A stretch of 64,000 nt of DNA, taken from contig OX597822.1 of NCBI GenBank assembly GCA_951406725.2, positions 115,816,001-115,880,000 of the forward strand, read 5' to 3'. The stretch comes from Octopus vulgaris. Taxonomy: Eukaryota. Shown in pieces: positions 24,225 to 37,280 of this stretch (its first letter is position 1; each line of letters starts with the position of its first letter). Below the pieces are notes generated by a model, which saw only the letters and a list, made by a program, of their open reading frames with translations, had not been told where the DNA came from and made no database searches. Both the position numbers and the translations under genes were made by a program.

Positions 24225-26678
24225 ACAGAGTATGTACTTATCCACCTATGATGTGTACAAGATCTGCAGAGTTAGCATCATCACAATTATATGTCTGCTT
24301 TTCCATGCTGGCATGGATCATTATCAGTCTGAATAAGACATTACTTGGACTTACTCTTCTCCAAGATCAACTGGGGACTACATCATACCTTTTCATTATA
24401 TATCAAAACTGTTTTCGTTACTCAGTTATCGTACACAATATCTCCACTGTTACAAAGACAACAAACAGCTTCAACATTCACATCTATTATCATAGGGCTG
24501 TGCAACAATTCCATTCTACATAAGATTCTGATTCTTGATTCCGCAGAAATTATTCCACTTTGATCATGTCAATACACAAATCAATTTGAAACCAAATAAC
24601 TCAGTTTTTAATCAGATACTTTATTAAACATAGCCTCATCACCCCAAAATAAATATTCATTATAACATTTTGCTTTCGTCATTGAAAAATTCAATCTTCA
24701 TTTATATACTTTCAAAAAATTTTGTAAATTGTTAAAAAAAATTTACGCATAAAAGTATTTCCAATTTTTAAATCCTAAGACATAGTTTTTTTTTTAATTT
24801 AAAATTTTTTTTTCTCTTACTAATTAAAAATCTTCAAATATTGTAGAAAAATTTCCCTGCCACTATTTTAGGTTAACCATATATGTCAGTCTTAAAACAT
24901 ACTGTCTTGCTTGATAAAAGTTCAAATAAATACATATAATCATTTAGATGTCACCTAAACAACTTCTTTCTTTAAATTATAAACTGATTCAGTTCAGGAA
25001 TCAATATTACAAATAAATTTACGGGAATTTCACCAAAAGCTAACAAAAGTTGAACATCAGCCTCTAGCAAAAACTTTTAGTAAAACCAAATTTGATGAGT
25101 ATAGAAGAGCCAAGGAGTGAGAGAGGTTCATGCTTTGTTCCTTGTTTTTCCTTCCAGTCCACCACAAGAAGCGGGTATTTTCTTACTGTAATTTTTTTTT
25201 GCTTTCTTTTTAAAGACTGCCAAATATTTTTTGAATAATGGAATATAAATTCACTGGATTCAGCAGTGCAAGAGAATTTAGAATTTAAAGATATGAAATG
25301 ATATTTCAAATGTTTGTAAGTTAAGGTTGTTATTTAATCAGTCAATATTCTGGGAAATTAAGAGAATCTGGAAAAAGTACGAAGAAAGTAAAATTTATTT
25401 CAACTATTTTCTATCTATGAAACTAAAAAAAAACTAATTCTAATTTTTTAAAAACAAAAACAAATAATTCACTAGATTTTTCTAAAATTTCAGATTAATA
25501 GTTAGTAAATTATTTTGTGATTGAATATCTTTTAATTACATCCATAAGTTTGCACACAAATTGATTAGTGAAATGTTTCAGCTTTATATTATTAATTAAT
25601 GATAATCTAATTAGACAGTTAAAATGATAGAGATCAATAAAGTTATATAATGTTACAGTGGGGAAGAAAAGAAGAGAAATAAAAAATAAAGTCAACAACA
25701 ATTTTAAAAAATATCATAAGGTTTCAATAACTAAGAGGCTAAACAAAATGAATAAAAAAAAACAAAATAAAAAAAACATAAAAAATGGATTCCCCAGGGG
25801 ATTTTCATGTACCTTCATCATTTGAGAAATCAACTGAGTTGTTGTTAGGACGGCCAGCATCTAGAAAGCCATGTGCTGCCACAAGGGTGGCATCATCCCT
25901 GGCCACATCCAAGGCAATACGTCTACCTGAGGGGGTCCAGTAGCTGGAGGCTGGTGAGGAGCTTGATGATGATGTGGTGGTGGTGGTGGTGGTAGTGGTG
26001 GTAGTGGTGGAACAGGAAGGTTTCACAGCAGTCACACTTCTTTGTCTGGAGGGGCGGCCTGCTAAAATAATTGATTACAGTAACTAAGTGGTTAGGGCTG
26101 TAGCAGCTGGTTTCACAGTGAGAGGACATAGGAAACCTACTACGAAGGACAACAGTTTGAAAACAATTTATTAGGATCTAGTCAAATTACGATAATCATT
26201 ATTGTTGTTGATGTTATCATTAGCATTATTATTATTATTATTATAATTAAACTACCCTTTGTACTAATAGCATTGTTATCAATCCTTTGTAAACCTTAAT
26301 TTGAGAATAATTTTTAAAATATTTTTTCGCAAAATTTAAATGCAACTTAATAACTAAAAAAAATAATAAAATAAATAAATTAAAATAAAAATGGTTAAGA
26401 GAAAGGATTTAAAAGGTGAGAGGGTATTTATTTTGATATCACAACACTCTTTCAAAACAACAACTGTACACATAATTTGTTTGTGTTCTTGTGTACAACA
26501 AAATCTGTCTGCATATATAAACAACATGAATTTCGTAAGGAGTCATGTGTACATAAATTTATCTAACAGTAACACCCTAAGGAATTCGATCAGAGTGACA
26601 TAATACAATAAGAAAAACAAAACAAAACAAATCACCAATTGTCATTAAAAGTTAAGCTAAAACATAGAGCTCCAGCAT

Positions 26679-26715
<37 letters not shown>

Positions 26716-28529
26716 TTTCATAGCAATGCAAAGATGGTTGTATCACTTTGATTACACAATGGTAGAACATTCTCTTTAGTTTGCTTCAAAAATATCTCAA
26801 AGGAATAAACTGTGCCATGGACATTCATAGCAAAGAGTTGATATTTTTGTTAAAGAATGAAAACCAGCTATTAGAAATAGTAGTTCACAAAGTACTAGTT
26901 TTCTGGCTTAGATTTTAGTCTTAACCAGCTTATGACAGACTGCAGAAAGTTCTGAGAAGTCTACAAAATGTGAGAGTATTTCAGTCCTATTTGTAATTAG
27001 TCATATAAGATAACTGGATACCAATAACCAGATGACTGGATGTGTTTTTTTTCTTTCTTTTATTAAACTCTCAGTCAAAGAAAGGAGAGAAATGGTCAGT
27101 GGAGCAGGAAACCTTGGTTGAAGAGAGTTTGTAATTAGAGATTGAGCAAATGTTAAACAGAATTGGAATGATGTTGGGATCTAGAACTTGAACCAGCCTT
27201 CTTGATGATGGAAGTCTTCTGATAGACCAGCGAGACAAACAATAGATTCTCAGCACAGTAAACCATTATTTGAAATACTTTATCAAAGCTAAAAAACTGA
27301 AAATTCAGCAGTATTTCCAAATGTTTTCTGAGTCTATCTAAACACACACACACACACGCACGCAAAGTTTCAGTATATTCAGTGTCCTTATTTCATTTAT
27401 TTCAATCCACCATATAATTCTTTATTTAGCGGCTAAAAAGTTGTATTTGGAATTATTTTATTAACTAAATGACAAGGGATATTATTGAACACCTCAAGTT
27501 TTTAGTTGTTTAGAAATAAGAACTTGTTTCACAAGATATACAGCAAATAGGATTATGGACTCTCTGCCAAATAATAGATTCAGCATTTATATCCCTTTGT
27601 TATTCTCATATTTAAAAATCTTTTTCTTTCTTTCTAGATTTCTAATTAAATTTCCTCAACCAACAGTCCAGAGAAAAAGAAGAAGAAAAAGAAAAAATAA
27701 CAACAAAAAAGATAATATTAAAACTGTAAAAAAAAAAAATCAACAACAAAACAACAACAATCAACATAAAACTAATTCTTTAGTAAATTCAAGCGTTTTA
27801 AAAAACATAATCATGGTTTTTTCTTGTAATTCATGTGGTTTCAATTATTTGTCAGTACAGTTCCAACTTGCTAACTGCATACTTAAAAAAAAAAGTACAA
27901 AGCAAAAACAAAAAAACAAAAACTGACAAAAGAAACAAACAACAACTATTGAATAAAACATCAACACAAGTTTCACCATTTCAAAAATAATTATGGTCTG
28001 TTATATGACAAATAAGAGAACTAGTATGTTAGTATGGATTCCTTTAGGAGTTTGGGTTCTTAGTAAATAACTGACATAAATCCAATCTGGTTTTCTCTAT
28101 TCTCATTTTATTGACAATTTGTTTTTCTTTCTTAAGATACAGGAATGGATTTTACAACTGGAAGTTCTCTTTTCTATTTGTACGACTGCATCTTTTTCCC
28201 AATCTTATTCTCTGTGCAGGAGACATGTTAGCACATTGTGTACAGCTTCCATCAGATTAATCAGTGACTGATCACATGTCAACATGTCGGGAATAAAAGA
28301 ATTAAAAAACATTTCTGATTTTAACGATGGAAGGAAAAAAAAAAACACATGGTCTTCAATTCAATTTTTGCAGTGAGGCTTGGATAACTTAGTAATATTT
28401 AACAACACTTTAACTTAATATCTAAACCCATCATCACTATACTTACACACACACACACACATTTATATACACATACATGTTTATACAATTAGACATAGAA
28501 ATACTGCTGCTGAATTTAGTGCTCCACAC

Positions 28530-28824
28530 CTTCTCGAGCCATTCCTGGCTCATAAGGGCCGATTTCCTGGTTTCCTTGGCGTATAGGTTCCCCACCTGGA
28601 TGGGACGCCAGTCCGTTGCATGTGAGCTGCAAGATGCAGGAGGAAAGAGTGAGAGAAGGTTGTGGCGAAAGAGTCAGCAGAAGTTCACCATTACCTTCTG
28701 CCGGAGCCGCATGGAGCTTAGGTGTTTCGCTCATAAACACACACATCGCCCGGTCTGAGATTCGAACCTACGATCCCTCGACCGCGAGTCCACTGCTCTA
28801 ACCACTAGGCCATGTGCCTCCACA
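28530..28824 (-). mobile_element. Full-length tRNA-derived SINE with a V-domain-like core and 13-bp TSD
   Basis: A-box tggcctagtgg and B-box ggttcgaatct on the minus strand; ggactggcgtcccatccagg core; TSD tagtgctccacac at 28517-28529 and 28825-28837. Confidence 0.85.
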
Positions 28825-29370
28825 TAGTGCTCCACACAGATTATCATAACGGAGTTTGCTTCCAGTATAGTGGTTTGGTTACTACTGCACTCAGTAGTAG
28901 TACCAGTTATGATATACAGAGAAAATATAGTATAAATTACAATAAATAGAAGTTTATATCATTTGTTCTTAAATACATTTCACTGTTGTGGGAGCTTGGA
29001 ACTCTGCATCATAAGATTTCTGTAAGAGAACACTTATAAAGTGTTTCCTTAATGACCCTTAATGACCCGTTGGGGTTGAGCAGCCAATGTACACAGTTCC
29101 AAACAACCGCAATAGTGAAATGCATTCAATAACAAAATGATATAAACTTGCATTTGTCGTAATTTCTCATATATATATATACATATGATCCCACTGGCTG
29201 TGGGGCAGTTAGCGCCCCTGTTAGTACAAGGACTTGTGCTTCTTTACAGCTGAGAAGGTTTTTTACCTCTTATTTCTAGCAATGTAGGCGCTACTCTGCA
29301 CTGTCAGTCACAATTAGTGACAACTGAATTTTTCCTTTTTGATTTTTATTGCTTATAGCCACACACACAC

Positions 29371-29413
<43 letters not shown>

Positions 29414-29538
29414 CTTTATTTAAAGCAGCGGAAAATTCAGTTGAATTTTCCGCTGCTTTAAATAAAGCATATTACTCTACCACTGGTATTTGAGTACTCT
29501 TTTTTCCACCTTGTTTCACATTTATGTGTTTACTCTGG
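29414..29538. repeat. Perfect 26-bp inverted repeat plus T-rich tail, inserted in a (TA)n array
   Basis: ctttatttaaagcagcggaaaattca-gt-tgaattttccgctgctttaaataaag. Confidence 0.8.
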
Positions 29539-31177
29539 TATATATATATATATATATATATATATGCAAGCAAATATCAAATAATGTGAATGAGTACTCA
29601 ACACTACATTGGTGGATATCAATATTCTTCATTTGTGGCAAACAATGGTTTCATGTAGGAGGAATTTATTAACAGTTATTGAGCATACCAGAAACATTGG
29701 TACTCATCTCCAAAGGAGTCATGGGCATTATCAGCCTTCTTGACTACAAGATAATAAAAAACAAAAAAACTTTCTCCAACTGGGATATCCTTGTATCTCT
29801 TCAGAAGCAAGACGCATATCTCTATCCGTCTGTTATTCCTTTAACTTGTAGTCAACTTGTACAAAGTCATCTCCCTCAGTACTATTGCTCCCAGTCAAGG
29901 GAACTTTGACCTGTCTTACAAAGTACTTGGTGACCTCACCCACGCTGATGCTACAAAAATGCACTCAGTACATTCTGTAAAGTGGTTGTGGTTAGGAAAA
30001 GCATCAAGGCATAGAAACAGACAAATAGAGCTTGGCATAAGCTTCTAGCTTGCCAGCTCTTGTCAAACCATCCAACCCATGCCAGCATAGAAAGAGGAGG
30101 TTAAATGTCTTGTATATAAGACATTAAATAACACTGCACCACTAAGTTCATGATAAAGAAGTAGAGAGGCATCGGCACAGTTTATGCATGAAGCATTTAT
30201 AAAATGCTAAAATAGACCAAAATGTGCAGTGTGAAAAACACTATCAGCTGATGGGCAAATATTTTATCATGTATCTAACAATTACAGAAGATATCTCACA
30301 CATGGTTCGGCTTTATTTAAACACCATCATCATAGGTACATGTTAACTGTAACATTCCAGATTTGGACCAAATGCATGCCTGAGTATACACACAAAAATG
30401 TGTATGCAGACAAAGAGAACTGCTTAGATATACAAATTCACAGTTAAAGCAGCTTCAAATTCACAAGAAATGGTTTGGATATATATACATACCTACATGA
30501 ATGTGCGTGTGTGTGTGTGTGTGTGTGTGTGCTCTCATACACTATAAGCACCAGTGCAGTGGGGGTGGGGTGGGGTGGATATACATTTTGCTTCAGTAAA
30601 CAAGAAGCATTGTCAAGTTTCACTGAAGCAGTGGAAAAATATTGCTTTAAATATACAACATTTGTGGAGCATAAAGACACAAGACTGCTCAAAGCATAGT
30701 GATTATGTATAAAACGTATATTTAGTGACTGTTAAGTGACATGAAAGTGTTTCGAATGATCAATCCTCTTTCTTCTGCTGGTGTCACTGATGCAATGACT
30801 ATAAGCTACATTAACATCTTATACACATAAAAACATCATAGGCACACACACACACACACACACAGCCCATGTATTTATGTGCATGCTTGTATGCATGTGT
30901 GTGTGTAGACACAAAACTGCTGATTCACTGGAAGTGATTAAATTACAGGATTCAATACGAATGTGGACCGTTCTTTGGTACATTAAAACTGAAAGGCTCC
31001 AACTTCCAATACTCAGATAACATTAAGAGAAGTTTTTTCTTCAAACTATCATTTCATATTTCAAAACATATTCAAACAGTGAGTATTTCAAAAGAAATGT
31101 TGGCTCAGTTTAACAGCTGATGACCGCAAACAAGAGCTACTCTGAGCACTGGATAATGGAGCCTTTCAGTTATAATG

Positions 31178-31226
31178 CACACACACACACATATATATAT
31201 ATACACACACATATATATATACACAC

Positions 31227-31265
<39 letters not shown>

Positions 31266-31466
31266 CATATATATACACACATATATATATATACATATAT
31301 ATACACACATATATATATATACATATATACACACACATATATATATATACATATATACACACATATATATATATATACATATATACACACATATACATAT
31401 ATATATATATACACACATATACATATACACATATACATATATATATATACATATATATACATATAT
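31178..31466. repeat. Compound (TA)/(CA) microsatellite
   Basis: Directly visible. Confidence 0.95.
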
Positions 31467-31875
31467 TAATCAATTAATTAATTAATTAATTAATTTTTCT
31501 GATTAATTCTGAAATTGAATCAGCAGTTAATATTTGCTGCTGATAAGTTTGGCGCGATTACGGTGGGTTTGAAAATTTTAGGGCAGATATTCCTGGAGCA
31601 TAGATATTGATGCCTCGTGTATATCTGTCCCTCCTGGCTTCTTTACCGATGAGACGTAGCCTTTGGTAGATTGACTTGATTAAGTTTAATTTAATTTAAT
31701 TAGGCTAGTTTGCCATTAAAAATGTCAAAACAATGCATTGTCTAAAGATGAATAGGGCAAATGTTTTTTAATTTTCCTTTAATTTCTGAATTACTACTAC
31801 TTGGCGGTTTGAGTCCTGGCTGCTCTTTCTAGTGGGTCGAATGGCCTATTGAGGCCGTTCCTCAATTGTTGTTGA

Positions 31876-31916
<41 letters not shown>

Positions 31917-31987
31917 TATACATATATATATATACATATATATACATATATATATATATATACATATATACACATATATATATATAT

Positions 31988-32232
31988 TGGTCCGGCATCG
32001 GTCACGGTCAACCGATCGTGACCGATGCCGGACCCCCTGGCACCTGTGCAGGTGGCACGTAAAAGCACCCACTACACTCGCGGAGTGGTTGGCGTTAGGA
32101 AGGGCATCCAGTCGTAGAAACTCTGCCAGATCAGACTGGAGCCTGGAGCAGCCCCTGGCTTCCCAGACCCCGGTCGAACCGTCCAGCCCGTGCTAGAGTG
32201 GAAAACGGATGTTAAACGATGATGATGATGAT

Positions 32233-32282
<50 letters not shown>

Positions 32283-32545
32283 CAGCATCATCATCTTCAT
32301 TTAACATCCGTTTTTCATGCTGGCATGGAGTGGACGGTTCGAATGGGGTCTGGAAAGCCAGGAGGCTGCACCAGGCCCCAATCGGATCTGGCAGTTTTTC
32401 AACAGCTGGATGCCCTTCCTAACGCCAACCACTCCAAGAGTGTAGTGGGTGCTTTTTACGTGCCACCAGCACAGGGGCCAGAGGAGCTGGCATTGGCCAT
32501 GATCGGATGGTGCTTTTTACATGCCACCAGCATGGGGGTCACAAC
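31988..32545. mobile_element. Two (GAT)n-tail SINE copies in tail-to-tail inverted orientation, separated by (TA)n
   Basis: + copy 31988-32235; - copy 32285-32545. Confidence 0.85.
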
Positions 32546-32746
32546 TATAATTTCCATTTGATTATAATTTGATTTGATTTTGACATTTAAGTTGATGTAC
32601 TTGACTCAGTAAGTCTCCTCAAGCAGGGCATGTCACCTTACAACCCAAGGTACTTTTGAGTGGGCTGGTTATGCAACACTTGGGTAGGTTACAGCTGTGA
32701 ACTCACTTTATTTGCCGGCTCTTTCAGTCACAGCATACCTCCAGAG

Positions 32747-32974
32747 ATATACATATATACATATTCATACATACACACATATACATACATATATATACAT
32801 ACACATACATATATATATACATAAACATACATACATATACATACACACATATACATACATACACATACACACATACATACATATACATACATATATACAC
32901 AAATATATACATACACATATATATATATATACACACACACATATATATATACATAAACATATATATATACACAC

Positions 32975-33015
<41 letters not shown>

Positions 33016-33136
33016 TATACACACATATATATATATATATACATATATATATACACATATATATATATACACACACATATATATATACATATATATATAC
33101 ACATATATATATATACACATATACATATACATATCT

Positions 33137-33167
<31 letters not shown>

Positions 33168-33168
33168 G
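32747..33168. repeat. Compound (TA)/(CA)/(TACA) microsatellite
   Basis: Directly visible. Confidence 0.95.
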
Positions 33169-33179
33169 TGTAAGTGAGA

Positions 33180-33310
33180 GTGTGGCTGCATGGTAAGGAG
33201 TTTGCTTTCCAACCACATGGTTCTGGATTCAGTCCCACTGGATGGCACCATCGGAAAGTGTCTTCAACTATAGCCTTGTGAAGGGATTTGGTAGACAGAA
33301 ACTGAAAGAA

Positions 33311-33315
<5 letters not shown>
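33180..33315 (+). mobile_element. tRNA-derived SINE 5' part (copies at ~59145-59282 + and 61195-61352 -)
   Basis: tggtaag...ccaaccacatggttctggattcagtcccactg...ggatttggtagacagaaactgaaagaag. Confidence 0.75.
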
Positions 33316-33357
<42 letters not shown>

Positions 33358-34138
33358 AGCACACACACACACACACACACACATAAATACACACACACAA
33401 AGACAAGGGCAGGTTTTCCAATCAAAAATGATGCATAAACATCAACTGAATGACATACACATTGAATCAGCATGCAAAACTGGCTGAGTATTCCACCAAC
33501 TCAGGTACCCTTCACTTAATTCACTAGTGGAATCAGCAGAACACTGTGTCCAAGTTGTTGAACCTTTGAATTGGAAGCACAGTCATCCTATGAGCTTCAG
33601 CACCATTTCTGTACACAGAATTCTGCTCACAAGATTTGGGCTGATTCGATGTCATGCTAAAAAGATGCCATGCAATGAAATTGAACTCAGAGCTTTATTG
33701 TTTTGAAGCAAGTGAGTCTAACCATTCCCCCACCATGCATGTGAAAATGTACTTGTGCATCTCTACTAAAACAGTGAGTCTTAACACTAGACATTTAGTT
33801 TCAGCTGCAGACCCGCTCGTAATCCATCCGGTTGCTTGTAGAGTGGGAGATGGGCAAAAATGTAGCTGGACATACCAATAAAGCAAGGAGTAAGTATGGT
33901 GGTGACGGTTGTACACAGAGATAGAGTATGAGTGGTGGTGGTGGTGGTGGTGGTGAAGGTACTAACAACTGGAGGTTTCTTATGGCTTTGAAATGGAGGC
34001 AGGTAGGGGGTGGGGCAATAAAATGTCATTACGTTATCAAAGCCCCACCCAGTACACACACACACACACAATAAAATGAAGGTAGACACATACATTTATT
34101 CATGTAGACAATACATGCACACATATGTACATACACAA

Positions 34139-34199
<61 letters not shown>

Positions 34200-36899
34200 T
34201 ACGCATGCAAGCATACAGCTCGTATTCTGATATGAATAAACAAACAGAACTACAACCAGCAAAAACACAACCCTCCATGCAGTTTTCTGTTAGCTTATGT
34301 AACACACACGGGATTAGGTTGCCAATATCCAGTCCCCTGCGAGACAAAGGCCTCAGCACGTTGTCTTCACCAACCACAATCTAATATAGAGCTGTGAATT
34401 TGAGCTTGAGATCAAACTGGTTTGATGAGGAGCCTACTTTGTCACGGTGGCCCAACATGGCTTGGCAGAGAAGGGGGCCTATAATATACACATAGAAGTC
34501 TACTTGTCATTATAAATGCAGAGTAGGCTCCCTGCTATTCTACTAAAAGAAAAAAACACAAAACAGAAAGGGTAACCATTTGTGTTTATTCATACACCCG
34601 TCACATAAATATTTCCATCAAGATGCACAAACGAGGGGGACTAAACCACAAGAAATGACTAAACAATGACAAGAAATGGGTTAAACATGTGGAAGGTAAT
34701 CTTATGCCGTCATTAAAGCTAAATCCTATGACTGTTCTTGAAACTTTCATAATCAAAACAAGAACTGATGGGGAAGTTAAGAGATGGCAACACGGTTTGT
34801 TTTTATAGATTAATAAACTAATGATAGAATGCAGGTTAACAAACAAGGATAATAAATACAACTAACATAGATCAACAATGCATTCATTTAACCATAACTG
34901 GACACAAAATGGTGAAACAATATATTAAGAAATTCCCCCCCCCCCCCCTCCACTCTTTTAAAATATGAAAGGGCTGTGACATTAGGAATTTAGGTGTTAT
35001 TTTTGGCTTTCATTTTCCTTTTTTTTTTGCATTTTGTTGTTATTGTTTAATGAAGAATTAAAATTAAATAGAAGTGAGAAAATGCTTTTGATTGTAAATG
35101 AATTCTTTGTGCTACGATACATTCTTTAAAGATTGAGTCATTCAAGAAAACAACTTACCAAGCGGAAAAGATCGAAAGAAATTACAGAAGAAGACACCTG
35201 ACTGACTAAGTCACTAATCAAGGCATTAGTTACATATATTATAGCAAAGGTTAACAAAACAAGAACAAACCAAATCTTGCAAAAGAACAAAATCAAACAA
35301 AATGGTACCAGCATAGGAATTAGTCTATCTTCATTAGTATGCTGGAATTGTCAAATTAATCAGTGATTATAACTTGGAGAAGAACCTATTAAACTATCTT
35401 ACTAAATTAAAGTTACACACTCTGTAGTTAAGTTTGCAAAACTGTCCAAGACATGAGACTCACAGAAATCTTTGCTGTACAATCAGAAATTGGTCTTTCA
35501 ATAAAAAGAGACAAAATGCAATCTAACTGACAGCTTTAAAGTTAATGCCAGCTTTGTGCTACATTAAGTCATTAGACAAACACTAATACAAAATTAATTT
35601 TCAGGTGAGAAGGAATTTAATTTAAACTTCACTCAGTTATTATCTTTATTTTTATTACATTCGGTTTATTTTCTGTTTAACCCTGAAAAAAGTTATAAAG
35701 TTAAACTTGAAGGTGAATTCACCTGGAAAAAAAGGTTCACACATAATTTTTCAGTTGAAGCAAGAAATGAGAATCTGAGTTGGAGATTTGTTTCTATGAG
35801 ATTTTTAGCAGAGGTTGAGATCAAGACAAAATAATAAAACAGACATGGAATCTGAGAATTTTATGAGTTGTTGCAGGAAGCTCATACAATGATTGTATTA
35901 CCAAATGGTTGAGAAGTTTATTTCTTCATTTGGAGGTCAGCTTGATTCCACAATGTGACATCTTTGGCAAATGTCTTTTACCATAGCTTTAAGTCAACTC
36001 GTATCTTGTGAGAGAAAATGGGTAGTCAGAAATTGTATAGAAGCCCATTGAAGGGATTGCAGCTGTAATTCAAAGAGCTAACCACATCACACTTTTATGA
36101 TTTTTGGCTGAGAATTACATAAAAAGTACATATGTGCATGTGATGTGGAGCCACCTTATATGCTAATCCAGTGATCTTGGAAGTTTCAGTTGATGGAACA
36201 ACTGAAAAATTATGGCCAGAAATTCTGACTTTGGTCCATTTAGTGAGAAGATGACATTCACATGTGGCAAAAGTACTTGAAATGTGAGAGGGGTAATTCC
36301 AGTTGGTATTCAAAGCAGGGCCTCAAGGCTGTTGACTAAGGACCAAAACAATATAAGGATTTCTTACACAGGAACAAAGTTTCTAGTAGAAACAAGAAAG
36401 GAAGTGAGAGTACAAGGCATCCATGCTTTCCTCTCAAAATTCAATGAGCTGACACTGTGTGGAGGATTCTACCTCAACTTTGTGCCACTTCACTCAGTTG
36501 AGATAACAAACAGAATAAAGTAAGTAAAACTTGATCTGAAGTAATGAAATCCAAAAGTGTTCTGGTGATGCCACAAGTGATGACACAGGGAGCTGATTAA
36601 TGGCTGCTGATTAATGGTTTGAAGATAAACAATCTGTAAAGCAGTAGGGAAATAGTTTGGTCAACCAATCTTGTACAGCCAGACAGTATTAAGTGAACTC
36701 AGAAAACCAAATATGGCCTTAAGTATTTATTGTACTACTTGCTTTATTAAGTAAACCAAACAGACTGGATTAAAGAGTTGGCTTTGTTGGATTACTCTGA
36801 TAATATCTGATTTCAAATATACACAATGCTGAATCGTTATAGAAGTCACAAAATCATAAACACAAGGATTTCATTGATCAGAGCAACTCTATTCAAAGG

Positions 36900-37280
36900 G
36901 CAAACTGTACAAATTGATCAGATATAAGGAGCACGACAACACATATTAGTGAGACATACCTCACCATAAAAGGGACTTGAGATGAAAACTGGGGAGATCA
37001 GAGGTAAGTTGAGAAAGTTACTGGGCATTGGATAATTATGTGTGCAGGAAAAGGTAGCTGCTCTGTTATAGATATGTGATGAAAATGAATGAGAAAATGG
37101 TGTTGGGTGGGAAAATGCTATGAAGTTAACAGTTGAAGGCAACTTTGATAAAGGAACACCAAGGAAGGCACGGAACAAATGTTGAGGCTGGATTTAAGTA
37201 GATTTAATTTCACAGATAATAGGAAGATTGAGAGAGAGAGAGAAATATAGCAAAACTTGTCAACCCATACCAAGAGTAAA
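36900..37280 (+). mobile_element. RTE-clade LINE 3' remnant
   Basis: Decayed RLRW.GHV.RM...VEG...RGRPRK.W-like coding; ends with the caacccat SINE/LINE tail motif. Confidence 0.45.

Noticed and set aside
25187-25216. 30-nt in-frame microexon encoding VFKKKAKKNY (NLS-like)
   Set aside because: The acceptor lacks a pyrimidine tract and the body is mostly an A run; likely chance.
28760-28824. tRNA gene
   Set aside because: A/B boxes are present, but it is the head of a TSD-flanked SINE with no acceptor stem or poly-T terminator.
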